Part shown: positions 1-12,392 of the stretch, piece after piece
How the letters are laid out: the number at the start of each line of letters is the position of its first letter
How positions within the stretch are numbered: position 1 is the stretch's first letter
Assembly (NCBI GenBank): GCA_951406725.2
Contig: OX597828.1
Span: 77,314,001 to 77,378,000, forward strand
Source of the DNA: Octopus vulgaris
Taxonomy: Eukaryota
DNA: 64,000 nucleotides
Direction of reading: 5' to 3'
Program-made: the position numbers and the translations under genes
The notes under the pieces: model-generated
Databases searched by the model: none
What the model saw: only the letters and a program-made list of their open reading frames with translations
What the model was told of the DNA's origin: nothing

Positions 1-112
1 TATATAGGCAAGGAAAAATTATAAAAAGACAAAATGCTAAATTGAAGGTAAATTTTAATGAAAATTGGTGTATGGAAAATTAAAAAAAAAATTTTTTTTA
101 AATATATATATT

Positions 113-154
113 AATTCAAACCCGTTTTCGTTGCAATGCGACTTTTCAAGAATT
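113..154 (-). ncRNA. Minimal type-I hammerhead ribozyme motif, U3:A8 core variant, in the PLE 3' pLTR
   Basis: Minus strand reads AATTC-TTGAAAA-GTCGC ATT GCAAC-GAA-AACGGGTT-T-GAATT. Helix I has 5 bp, core is UUGAAAA, helix II pairs 4/5, helix III is near-palindromic. Confidence 0.7.
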
Positions 155-835
155 GTAAGGTGAAAAGAAATTTTTTCATAATTGAGGAGGGGGAAAAAAG
201 AAAATTACATAGTTTTTTGCAAAAAAATAATAAACATATACAAAAATAAAAAATAGGTACACCGATACATTGTAAAGTCTTTGTGTATCTCGAGTTCAAT
301 GATAGTCCTTGGAAAAATTACCTTGGAGGATTAAGATCCAATGGGATTAAATCCGTGTGTTGTTTAATTTAATTAAGGGTGTCTCTTAAGTGAATGGCAA
401 AACAGGAAGTAGTAGTCCAGTTCCTGTGTTGTGAACAAGGGGAGACAACACTATGGGTTTTAAGCTCTTCAATTTGTGTTTATCGATTTTTTGTAATAAA
501 GGGTGTTAATAAACCTTAAATTATAGAATTATCATTTTAGCTTCATTTGCATTATCTTTTTTTATTTTTTATATATAATTGTATGCTAACTTAACATTCA
601 TATTTTAACACTTTATTTATATTGTTTTCTAATTATATAAATTTGCATAAACCAATTTATAATTACATTTCAGATTGTTATGTCATATATAATAAAAATA
701 ATAATAATAATAACAACAATAATAATAATGATATTTAAAGAATATAAGTCTTAGCTTGAAATGATGACTGCATGGTATCCTTATATATTTGTGTTAGTCC
801 ATCCATGAAGAATGAGGTAGAAAAAATAGGTATGA

Positions 836-1357
836 TCAACGAGGAGTTTGCATATTAAGATGCGTTTTGAATTTTTCAAAAACATTCTCCTTGTTAATTC
901 TTCCTTGTGTGGTGATTCCGTCTTTACATTGGTAGAAGGGGAATATGTAAAATTTGGGATTTTTGTCTTTAGCGCACGAGTCTATGTGGCTACTTAGTGG
1001 AATTTGACGGTATTTTGGGAGATTTATTTGTTCTTTATGGACCGCTACTCTTTTACGTAAAGGGAGGCTCGTTTGTCCAACATAATTATGTTGGCAACCG
1101 GCGCATGTGAGAACGTAGATAAGGTTCTCGGAGGAACAGGAGAAGTTGGTCTTGATTTTAAACTTTGTCCCTTGTTTGAAGATAAATTCAGAGCCTTCAA
1201 ATAGGAAGGAGCAGGTGCCACAGTTTGGGCGTGCACATTTTTTAACTGATGGGGGTGAATGTGGTGTGTGAAGTTTGGCATTTGTCAAGAGTTTTTTCAA
1301 AGATTTATGTTGCCTTTTACATTTGAGGATTTTGTGTGTATTGATAATGTTATTCAT
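836..1357 (-). pseudogene. GIY-YIG endonuclease domain of the Penelope-like element (decayed ORF end)
   Basis: CARPNCGTC Cys linker (Neptune-type), FSCSSENLIYVLTCAGCQHNYVGQT (LIY...YVG = GIY-YIG), conserved R in LRKRVAVH, and CCHH-type residues. Confidence 0.9.
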
Positions 1358-2183
1358 TTTTGGGTCTGTTGACAGTAGAGTGAGGTTTTGTATGATTGTG
1401 GGGTATGCTTCGTTATTTTTGGGGTAGTGAGTGGAAATGTATGGAAGTATTTTGGGGTAGTGTGTGTTGTTGGGTTGGGTGGTTTTCAGTGTAATGTTGT
1501 CTAGTTCTTTGGCACGTTTTATTCCACACTCTATAAGGGTGGAGGGATATTAGCGTTGTAATAGTGTTTTGGTTTTTTTTGAGGTTTTGAAGGCGTATTT
1601 CTCGAGTTTTTGGATCCGAGACAATGGTGCATACCCTTTTAGTTAAGTTGAAATGGATATTTATCTTGGTGTGTTTTGGGTGGCATTAGCTAAAGAGGAG
1701 GTATTGTTGTGAGTCTGTAGGTTTGTGGTAGATGTCTGTTATGATTTGGTGTGTGTGTTTGTGGTATGTAGTAGAGCAGCTATGATTTAAAGCAGTGATG
1801 ATAATATGACCAAGAAACATACAAAGACTAACTCTACCTTCCTAGGATTTCCTCGCCGGAATAATAAATTTCTTTCGGTAGTTTTCAAGCTGGTAAATGT
1901 CACCACGGCGGACTGGTGACAGCGGTGGTTTACATGACCGCCAGTGATTTGGAAAACACAGATACCGATCAAGGAAAGATAATCCAAGGATGTCCCTTAC
2001 AAGGGACAGATATATATACATTAATGACGAAAGATCACGTGAGTTACGTAATCTCATTCATTTCCATAGCTGTTTGCACTGAGATATCGTTTATATATTA
2101 ACACACGCACGCACACACACACACACACACATATATATATACATACATACATACATACATACATACATACATACATACATACA

Positions 2184-2215
<32 letters not shown>

Positions 2216-2879
2216 CTTACACATCTCTGTATATAAATTATTCCATGCATCATACTTTGCACTGTGCCTCCTAATTGAATTTCATCAGATTAAACATACT
2301 CAAATTGTACCTAATAACAATTCAGTCTCCGTTCACGAAACGGAATTATCTCCTTTGTTATAGAAACAATAGATTCACGTAGCGAACCTGAAGAGTCTTA
2401 CTCTAATGCAACACATTTCGCGTGCTTGCATCCGCTGTGGTGGGAATATCAGGTATGCGTATGCGCTTGATTGCGGGTGCGTATAGTGTGTTTGTGTGTG
2501 CGTGTGTTTGCTGCGTGTTTTATTAGGTGTTCACGAACATTACCTGATGTCGAGTGTTTTAAATAACAAAAGGGCTTGTTTCTGAAATTTATCTTCGGTC
2601 TACATTAAAGTTACGTGTGTATAAATGTATTACACACACACACACACACACACATACATATACACATACATATACACATCGAAACATAAATACATAGACT
2701 CATACTTACACACACAAATACATATGTTAGTGTGTGTAGATACATAGGCATATATATATATGCATACATAGGTATATATATATATATATATATACATACA
2801 AACATACATATATATATACATATATATATATACATATATATATACAAATATATACATATATATATATATATATATACAA

Positions 2880-2946
<67 letters not shown>

Positions 2947-3046
2947 TATACATACATATATAAAACAAAGTGGAGTTGTAGGGTACCGCACAAGTGGAAT
3001 TATCTACGAAAGAAGGTTTGAAAATGCAATTTTAAAAGATGTTTAT

Positions 3047-3091
3047 TTACTTTACCGGTTTCACTCTTTGGAAAAAGTTTGTCAAAAGTAA
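3047..3091 (-). ncRNA. Minimal type-I hammerhead ribozyme motif, U3:A8 variant
   Basis: Minus strand reads TTACTT-TTGACAA-ACTTTTTCCAAAGAGT-GAA-ACCGGT-A-AAGTAA. Helix I is a perfect 6 bp, helix II is 6-7 bp, helix III is the palindrome ACCGGT, and the cleavage triplet is GUA. Confidence 0.82.
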
Positions 3092-3219
3092 CACGTAAAA
3101 GTTTGGTTGCGTTAATTATTGGTTGTCACAAAATGCTACAATATATATATACAAGAACATGTTACGGACATAAAAAGGTTTATGACAACCAATAATGAAC
3201 ACAACCAAACTTTTACATG

Positions 3220-3263
3220 TTATTTTTGACAATATTTTATAAAGAGTGAAACCGGTAAAGTAA
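3220..3263 (+). ncRNA. Inverted partner hammerhead motif with decayed helix II
   Basis: Reads TTATTT-TTGACAA-TATTTTATAAAGAGT-GAA-ACCGGT-A-AAGTAA. Confidence 0.6.
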
Positions 3264-3303
3264 ATAAACATCTTTTAAAATTGCATTTTCAAACCTTCTT
3301 TCG

Positions 3304-3333
<30 letters not shown>

Positions 3334-3335
<2 letters not shown>

Positions 3336-3548
3336 CGAGGATGAGGGTCCCAGCTGATACGATCAACGGAGCAGCTTGCTCCTGATATTGATGTGAAGTG
3401 GCTGAGCACTCCACAGACACTGGCACTTTTAACGTAGTTCTCGGGGAGATTGAGCGAGACACAGCGTGTGAAATACAGGAACTACTGAGCTGGTACAACG
3501 TGAAATAAAGTGAGCCGAATGCCCTAACCACTAAGTCACGCGCCTTCA
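3334..3548 (-). mobile_element. tRNA-derived SINE, family C (internally deleted)
   Basis: Head ggcgcgtgacttagtggttagggcattcggctc; body matches copies at 10474, 16484, 40170 and 63791. Confidence 0.75.
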
Positions 3549-3679
3549 CACATATACATATCTATAATTATATATATATATATATATATCCTATATAATT
3601 GATGCATATATATATATATAAATATGTGTGTATATGTGTGTTATATATGAATATATATATATATACACATATGTATATG

Positions 3680-3739
<60 letters not shown>

Positions 3740-3794
3740 CATATATATATACATATATATATACAGAGGGAAAGGTAGACAGATGTAGATAGAT

Positions 3795-3863
<69 letters not shown>

Positions 3864-3866
<3 letters not shown>

Positions 3867-5112
3867 GGTCAGGCAAAATGACCTGACACATTTGTAGGTT
3901 AAATAAAAGGCATTGTTTTTCGTTTCTTTTTCAGTTGCTGCCATGAATTGGACTGGTGAGCATCGCGCTTTCATTGTGGAAACGTTTATCAAAACAAACG
4001 ATTCTGTAACTGCAACACAAAGTGCGTTCCGTTTGCACTTCAATCTTGGTAGACATGATCCCCTACCAGCTCGAAACACGGTCTTGTTATGGGTTACCAA
4101 CTTCAGAGCTACTGGATCTGCATTGAAACGAAAATCAACCGGCCGACCTCGCACCGCCAGAACTCCAAAGAATGTGGCAGCGGTAAGAGCTTCAGTTCAA
4201 CAGTCTCCACGCCGGTCCACATTTAAACGCGCCCAGGCTCTTAGACTTTCCGAAAGAAGTTTGCGAAGAATTCTTCACAATGATCTTCAAATGCATCCAT
4301 ACAAAATGATGTTGGCACAAGAACTCAGCGAAAGAGACAATGAAACTCGCAGAGCATTGTGTTTGGAAATTCAACAACATGTCCCCCATGCAGCAGTTGT
4401 GTTGTTCAGTGACGAGGCACATTTTCACCTGTGTGGCACAGTGAATAAGCAAACCTTCAGATACTGGGCCGAGAACAACCCTCGTGAGTTGCATGAACGC
4501 CCTTTGCATTGTCCTCGGGTGACTGTATGGTGTGCTGTGGCAGAATTCGGTATATGGGGCCCGTACTTCTTCGAAGAAGACAACGTTACAGTGACTGTGA
4601 ACTCTGATCGATATTGTGAGATGCTAGAGACTTTTCTCAGACCAAAATTGAATATGCTCCACGATATGGACAATGCTTGGTTTCAACAGGATGGGACAAC
4701 ATCCCACACTTCTCGACGTGCGATGGGGATTTTGAGGAATATGATCCCTGGTCATTTGATCTCATTGCGTGGTGACATCGGTTGGCCCGCCCGTTCACCT
4801 GATTTAAATCCGTGCGATTTTTTTCTCTGGGGATACCTCAAGTCAAAGGTATACATTAATCGCCCTCGATCTATTGAACAACGTAAAGATGCAATTCGTC
4901 AAGAAATTGCTGCCATTCCACATGAAATGACCCGCCGAGTTATTGACAACTTTCGTGAACGCCTTCGACAGTGTGTGGACAATAATGGATCCCATTTGAC
5001 TGATTTAATTTTTAAAGCATAATGAAACAAAATGGCATTAAATGTACTTTTCTTTACTTCATTTGCCTTTTATTTAACCTACAAATGTGTCAGATCATTT
5101 TGCCTGACCCTG
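3864..5112 (+). mobile_element. Full-length Tc1/mariner DNA transposon, DD41D (rosa/Visitor-type)
   Basis: 49-bp TIRs at 3864-3912 and 5064-5112 with one mismatch, TA target-site duplication (3862-63, 5113-14), single intact ORF. Confidence 0.95.
3943..5022 (+). CDS. DD41D transposase, 359 aa, uninterrupted
   Basis: ATG at 3943 (MNWTGEHRAF), GRPR linker, FSDEAHF, WFQQDG and WPARSPDLNPCDFFLWG motifs; 41 residues counted between the second and third Asp. Confidence 0.93.
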   Translation: MNWTGEHRAFIVETFIKTNDSVTATQSAFRLHFNLGRHDPLPARNTVLLWVTNFRATGSALKRKSTGRPRTARTPKNVAAVRASVQQSPRRSTFKRAQALRLSERSLRRILHNDLQMHPYKMMLAQELSERDNETRRALCLEIQQHVPHAAVVLFSDEAHFHLCGTVNKQTFRYWAENNPRELHERPLHCPRVTVWCAVAEFGIWGPYFFEEDNVTVTVNSDRYCEMLETFLRPKLNMLHDMDNAWFQQDGTTSHTSRRAMGILRNMIPGHLISLRGDIGWPARSPDLNPCDFFLWGYLKSKVYINRPRSIEQRKDAIRQEIAAIPHEMTRRVIDNFRERLRQCVDNNGSHLTDLIFKA

Positions 5113-5848
5113 TATATACCGTGCGTGTTTCTTTTGAGTATGTATACACATATATCTCTATTAGTATGTATTTGCAATGTACCTATTGATTGCACAGATA
5201 AATTTATGCGAGAGAGAGAGACAGAGAGAGAAAGCGAGAGAAAATATTCATATTTATAAACACATACACACACGCACACAAACACACACACGTGTATATA
5301 TCTGTGTTTATAAACATGCTCAGTCACAAATGCACATACACACACACATACGTACCTACACTCATAATCTCTTGTTATTCAAATTGTGTTCATATCTACC
5401 CCCTGTATGCATTTCTACAAATATCAACACCAATCTACCGATGTTGGTTAATGCTTTTACGTATTCATTCCTTGGTGAGTCTAGAGAAGAATTTATCACT
5501 CCAATATTTCTGGTATACTGGATGATTGTCATAGAATTTAAGTATAAACAATCATTTATCAGTGTCAGAATTTAGTAAATCGCGCAAAAAAAATATATCT
5601 CCTGTCTTCAATCACTGCCAACACGTCGTTTCAGATATGTGTGTGTGTGTGCGTAAATGTAGACATATGAATATATATCTATATATTTATCTATATAGAG
5701 ATATATTATATAGAACATATATATATATATATGAACATATATATATATATATATATATATATGTGTATGTATGCATGTATATGTATATATACATATATAT
5801 TTACATATATATATATATACATACATATATACATATATATATATATAC

Positions 5849-5889
<41 letters not shown>

Positions 5890-6465
5890 GCGCATCTATA
5901 TACATCACGTAGATATAACATCAGTGAAAACGCCACAGCCTTTCACAAACATTCATTATATATGCTGTGTCTATGTATAGATGTATTTATAGGTGTCTGT
6001 GTGTGTACGTGTGTACATATACAACTACACACACACACACATATATATATATATGTATGTATGTATGTATTAATAGTCATTGCCAAGCTAACATGGCGGT
6101 CTAGAAAAATTAGAAATAATGATATATCTACATATATATATATATATATATGTGTAGATATATCATAATGCAAGAGTTATATGTTGCTAAGTTATCTGTT
6201 AAATAGTGCCTTGTTCGGCTTCGTATCGTACGAGTATGTTTTCGTCTACATGCATGTGTGCACGTGTATGCCGCATAATTGTATCGTATATATTATATAT
6301 GAATACGCATGTATGAATATAGACAGATAAATAGATTGGATGGATGAAAGGATGGAAGGATGGATGGATGGATGGATGGATATATAGATAGACAATCAGA
6401 CAGATAGGTAGATAGATAGATAGATAGATAAATAGATAGACAGAAGGACAGACATAAAGACAGAC

Positions 6466-6530
<65 letters not shown>

Positions 6531-6531
<1 letters not shown>

Positions 6532-8802
6532 GTTTCTTTATTGGCCACACAGGGCTGCACAGAGATGGGACAAGTTACAAGGTAGAGCTCTTCTTTTTGG
6601 GAGAAAAAAAAAGGTAGTGTAGGTTTTCGATCAAAAGGGATCGTAAAAGGGAAAAAAGAACAAAAAAAAGAAAAAGAAGGCAAAGAAAAAAAGAAAAAGT
6701 AAAAAAAAGGTCAAGAAAAAAAAAAGGGAAAAAAGAAAAGAAAAATGAAAAAAGAAGAAAAAAAGGGGGAGAGGAAAAAAAGAAAAAACGATCAATAGGG
6801 ATCGTGTATCACAGTGTCATGATGTATGGTGTAAAGGGGAAAGCAAGTAAGGTTTATCCGTGGGAAGAAAAGCCTACGAAAAAGACCACGGTAACCTTGG
6901 TCAATATTGTTATATGTTACCACATTTGTTTGCAAGTGGGTAACCCTCTGTTTTCAATTTCTGGTTTCATAGGATTATGCTCAAGGTGGCTTCGTCAATC
7001 ATACGTGCCATCCTTGCTACATTCACCCATCTTTTTTTAAAACATTCGCTAGCTAAAACTTGCCTCTCTACTCTCACCTTCCTTTTCAAGTGGTACTTGA
7101 AGAAGTTGATGAGAGGTTGACCAGAGAGGAAAGCGTTTGTCTCCAATCCTTTCAGACGCGTCCACCAGATACATTCTTTCGCCATAGCCACAAGGATGAT
7201 GAAAATAGCTCTTCCTTCCCGTTTGAAGGAAGGAGACGTGACAATATTGACGATAGAGTCAGCTGATAAACCGACTCGTCCCATACGTGACAGCAGTCGT
7301 TCGACATAAGCCCACAGGTGGGAAATTGCTGGACACTGCACGATTGCGTGCAGAGCGGTTTCGTCGCTCTGACCGCTTTGGTTGTGATGGAGTCACTCAA
7401 GGTTGACCCAGGACGGCAGAGTTGCTTGAGAAGCGAAAGAGAATGCCTTGTAGTTTGGTGATGGTAGGGTCGGGACAAGGTATGACGGTCAGGCGGTAGT
7501 AGATGACGGACGCGATGTACGTGTTCGCCACCTCCGCCCGACCTTTTAGGGACAGTTTCCTCTCGGTCCATTGCCGGGCGAGAGTGACTACCCTACTCGT
7601 TATCTCGTTCCAGTTCTTCTCCATTTGGAGGTCCGGACCGAACCAGACCCCGAGCAACTCAACCGGGCCGTCTGTCCAGCGTCCCACGACGGAGGTACTG
7701 GTGGACGGCATGGGCTTGCTTCTCCAGCTACCTAGTCGCAAGCCCACTGACTTTTCCCGGTTGATTTTTGCTCCTGTCACCGCTTCGTAGTTTTTCAGTG
7801 TCTCGCCGACCTGCTCGATGTGTTCGTGGCTAGACGCTATGACGGTGACGTCGTCTGCGTATGCAGACACGCTCGTCCAGCATCCCAGTTCTCGCGGGAT
7901 GCCCCTCAGAGTTGCCAGCTTCCGCAATAGTGGCTCGAGAGTCAATACGTATAGAAGTGACGAGAGGGGGCATCCCTGACGAACCGAACGTGCGATGTCG
8001 AAAGGTCTCGGTAGATGTCCATTTACGCGAATTACCGAACGGATGCCTCTGTACAAAGCGACTATCTAGCCGCGGAAGACGGGACCGAAGCCAGCCGCTC
8101 TGAGGACTGCCTCCAAGTATCGAAAGCTTTTGATTGGTCTAAATTGATCAGCGCCCCACCCATGCCAGGTTCGTTAACTACCCTGTCTATGATGTAGCGC
8201 ATCAGGTGGAGGTTGTCATGGATGCTCCGGCCCGGCACGGCGCACGTTTGCGCCTTGTCGACCAGTTTCTCGATGACAAGCGCCAACCTCTTTGCTAACA
8301 CCTTGGCCAAAATTTTCAAGTCTGCATTAAGCAGAGTGATGGGCCTAAAGTTATCTATTACATTTCCCTTGTTTAGATCTTTCTTCAGCAGTGTTACGGC
8401 TCCTCGGCTCACAAAACCAGGAATGCTCCCATTTTGCTGCCAGTTGCAGTACACCGCTGCAAAGACGTCTCCAAACAAGTCTGGCATACAACTGTAAAGC
8501 TCGTAGGGCAGACCATCCAAACCCGGCGATTTGTCCCTCGAGCATTCTGCCATCGCGTCCTGCACGTCCGCCGCCGTGATGGCACCTTCGCAGAACCCTG
8601 CCTCTCTTGTCGGGAGTTGTGGTAGGCTGTGTAGGTAGGCACTGAAGTCCACCCTACGTTCTTGCCCGCCACTCGTCCCGAACAGTCGGGCAAAATGCTG
8701 TTGAAAGGCCTCACACATTTTACTTGGCTCGATCAATTCGCGCCCCTGTTCATCTACCAGAGACCGAATGGTGGCTTTGTTGCCCTGTTGCGCCTCTGCC
8801 AC
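6531..8802 (-). mobile_element. 5'-truncated L1/Tx1-clade LINE (ORF2 RT, frameshifted) inside a (GATA)n array
   Basis: ORF pieces 8062-8802, 7397-8056 and 6967-7341 contain KSPGLDGLP, NFRPITLLNADLKILAK, DQSKAFD, VRQGCPLS, AYADD and LSLKGR. T-rich 3' UTR and AATAAA (6537-6542) run directly into (TATC)n, and (GATA)n flanks both ends. Confidence 0.9.
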
Positions 8803-8830
8803 AGATACATAGATAGATAGACACACAGTC

Positions 8831-8918
<88 letters not shown>

Positions 8919-9830
8919 TGATAGATAGATAGAGTACTAATACGTATGGTTGGCTGCCGGATTATTGTGATTTTCGTCACTGTTTAAAATTTTATTCCAA
9001 TTGTTTCCATATCTGATATTTGGATTAAGTTTAGTATATCAATTATGAAAATGAAATTCATTTTTTCCTATAAATCCATCAACAAAATGTTTTTAGCCTT
9101 GAAAAGTTGCATAATTTTGGTATTTTAGCCAATCGGATGCGAGTATTTTACACGTTACCGTGCCGAAAAGCTGTGTTTCCATAGTAACCAAAGATGCTGC
9201 TCATGCGCACAAGGAAGAGAAGGAGATGTGTGAAAGATAATCTTCTACCATAGTAATACTCCTGTGTTTTTCTCCGACACAACATATGAATGAGAAACCA
9301 CACGAGGTATGAATGAACGAAGAAACATATGAACGAGAAATCTCGTAAGAATGAGATGAATAAGTAAGGGAGGGGGTGTTGTTAAATCGGCGGTGGGAGC
9401 GTTTCAGCTCTGTGTGAGTATAGGTGTGTATTTGTGTGCGTGTACAAGAGGAGTATGTGAATGTCTGTATGTGTAAAAGCTTTTAAATATTTAATTCTGT
9501 CGCAAATGTTTTAATGTTAATTTCATTCGTGTATATTTTAATGTTTTGACTGTTATTTCTAGCACTGTTTTGAGATGCCGTTGAACCCACCCCCACCCCC
9601 AGCCCCGATGATGGAAGAGGCAGCAAACGCGCTGTTTTCTGATTGGCTGAAAATTCAGAAAATTATCAAACTTGGAACACTTGTAATATTTTGGCAAAAT
9701 TTTTCTGGAATAAATGAATAACAAAATCGGATTCAGCGTTACCATTAAGCTAAATGAGATGAATTCTTTATCACAAAATACAGACCCCTTTTGAACGCAT
9801 CTACAACAAATGACTTATCCACAACCACCT

Positions 9831-10220
9831 TAGAATAACACACACGCAAATATTAAAAATGATACATTCAAAAGAGATACTCAAGAGTTCATTAAAAACA
9901 GTCCCAATCACTACTATAATCTACAACGAGGCACTTTTAGATCACTTGACCATTTAACCTCCTACTACTATCATACAACTCCCACATTATTATTCTTTCT
10001 CTTATTCTCCTTCTCCTTCTTCTTCGTCGTCTTCTTTCTCTTCGCCACCTCCTTCCTTATTTTACTACTACCGTTGTTTAGAATAACACCTACGCAAATA
10101 TTAAAAAGTGATATCTCAAGAATTCAACCACTACTACCATCCACAACAAGTCACTTTCAGGGCACTTGACCATTTAACATCCTACTACTATCATACCACT
10201 CCCGCATTCTTCTTTTCTTC
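9831..10220. repeat. Diverged direct duplication (9831-10000 and 10079-10220)
   Basis: Both copies share tagaataacac..acgcaaatattaaaaa and cacttgaccatttaac.tcctactactatcatac. Confidence 0.7.
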
Positions 10221-10285
10221 TTCTTCTTCTTCTTCTTCTTCTTCTTCTTCTTCTTCTTCTTCATTGTTATTATTACTATTATTAA

Positions 10286-10352
<67 letters not shown>

Positions 10353-10409
10353 TTCTAAAATATCTTTTTATAAAATTGTTTTAGAATTTTCTACCATAAC
10401 TTTTGTCCT

Positions 10410-10458
<49 letters not shown>

Positions 10459-10473
10459 TATAAATATATATAG

Positions 10474-10804
10474 TGACGACAACGTCGGTTCCCGTTGATC
10501 CGATCCACGGAACAGCTTGCTCGTAAAATTAACGTCTGCCTATAACGTAGTTCACGGGGAGATTTTCGGGGAGAGTCACAAGGCTGGCTCTTTGAAATAC
10601 AGGTACAACAGAAACAGGAAGAAAGAGTGAGATAAAGTTGTGCTGAAACAGTACAGCAGGGGTCGCCACCACCACCCCTGTCGGAGCTTCATAATGGTTT
10701 AGGAGTTTTCGCTCAATAAACACACAACGTCCGGTCTGAGAATCGAAACTGCAATCCTACGACCGCGAATCTGCTGCCCTAACCACTGAGCCATTGTGCC
10801 TCCA
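10474..10804 (-). mobile_element. tRNA-derived SINE, family C
   Basis: Head ggaggcacaatggctcagtggttagggcagc...gtttcgattctc; shares the 3' region ctgttccgtggatcggatcaac. Confidence 0.75.
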
Positions 10805-10831
10805 CACAAACACACACATACACACGCACGC

Positions 10832-10876
<45 letters not shown>

Positions 10877-10976
10877 ATATATATATATATATAAAGGGAG
10901 AGAAAGAGAGAGAGATGGAAATAATTTCATTCTCAAAAGGAGGTTAGTTCTAATAATGTTGCATGAAGAGAATAAA

Positions 10977-11049
10977 CTATAGCCATGAGAATCGAACTCA
11001 CATCTCTGCGATTACGTGTGAAGTGCTTTACCATTAAGCTAAACTGCCC
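10977..11049 (-). pseudogene. tRNA-like sequence (pseudo-tRNA or SINE head)
   Basis: GGGCAGTTTAGCTTAATGGTAAAGC...GTGAGTTCGATTCTCAT has A and B boxes and intact D and T stems, but the acceptor and anticodon stems pair poorly. Confidence 0.55.
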
Positions 11050-11102
11050 GTACGACAAATTCTTCTGTAAATTTAGGATATACAAATCTATTTACATACA
11101 TA

Positions 11103-11146
<44 letters not shown>

Positions 11147-11575
11147 ACAACACACAAAACACACACACATATCAAAATGCGTGTTTGTGTGTGTGTGTGT
11201 GTGTATCATTACATAATGCATTCTCTTAAACCTAAATAAGTGAGTTGAGATTGATAAGCGGATATCCATGTGTGGAACAGTAAGACAATAGAAGATTTCT
11301 TCAAGTCCTGACACTGAATGTAACGGGTTGTTATTTATGTAGAAATTTCAATCTTTGGAAACAACTTCCGTATTTCTTGAAATAGGAAAAACGAGAGTGC
11401 ATATACATATATGTATTGATATGTGTGGGTGTTTATTGTGCGTGTGTGTGTGTGTGTGTAAGATATGCATGTATATACGCGAATGAGTCTGTGTTTATAT
11501 GCGTGTATTGGCGCCCGCATAAACGTGTACATGTGGAGATGTCACAGCTATATACATACATACACACACATACAT

Positions 11576-11629
<54 letters not shown>

Positions 11630-12392
11630 TTACATATATATATATATATGTAAGTATATATGTATACGTACACTTATATTCATTTATATGTACTTATGAT
11701 ACATATAGATATTCATATACACACACACACAAGCACACATATAAACACACACACATACATACATATCTATATATGTGTGTGTAAACACGGTATATCACCA
11801 TGACGACATAATGTTCCAAATACAATATTCACGCTGTTTTTGTTGTTTTGTCTTTTTTTCTGCATCCCCCTCATCCATCAGCTTGTTGATCATTCAAAAT
11901 AATAGGTGCATTGTTGGAAAAGATACTTAATTCATAGAATGTGTGACAGTTTACAGATAACTTCCCCAAATACCAAAGTTCACGACTCGTGAGCGAGGCC
12001 GTTCGTCTTTTAGATGGAAACAAATAATTTCCTATATTCTCCAGAGTTCAGATATTTAACAAATATTAAAATCACGTCCGCAGATATACGCATACTGTCA
12101 TACGTACACTAATAGGATGATACATACACACGCACACACATACACACATACACACATGTTCATACACACACACGCTCCCACGTATTTGCATAATTACATA
12201 AAAGCTTGTATGCGCGTATGTAGAATATATTTGTGTTTGTGTGTGTGTGTGTGAATCATTCACCAAATGCCACATGTCAGAAGAGGTCTCAAATAATGGT
12301 GTAGTGATGCCAACGGTGGGGCCGTAGCATGGCCGCAGATTTAAAGCTGAAACAATTTAAAGATATATTAAATAGTAAAGATTGAAGATATA

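Larger units (their letters stand above)
1..1750 (-). mobile_element. 5'-truncated Penelope-like retroelement (Neptune-type): RT thumb, Cys linker, GIY-YIG endonuclease and 3' pseudo-LTR; may extend past the window start
   Basis: Minus-strand translation near 1750-1600 gives TDIYHKPTDSQQYLLFS*CHPKHTKINIHFNLTKRVCTIVSD, the typical PLE RT C-terminus with an in-frame stop. It is followed by the GIY-YIG ORF 836-1357 and a same-strand hammerhead motif at 113-154. Confidence 0.9.
2961..3305. mobile_element. ORF-less PLE-type foldback element: tail 2961-3004, inverted arms 3005-3132 and 3179-3305, flanked by (TA)n
   Basis: Arms are reverse complements (tacgaaagaaggtttgaaaatgcaatttt ... aaaattgcattttcaaaccttctttcgta), each arm carries a hammerhead motif, and TA repeats lie on both sides. 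Confidence 0.8.

Noticed and set aside
8990-9760. Weak inverted similarity around agccaatc / gattggct (possible old MITE)
   Set aside because: Too diverged to define ends or a TSD.
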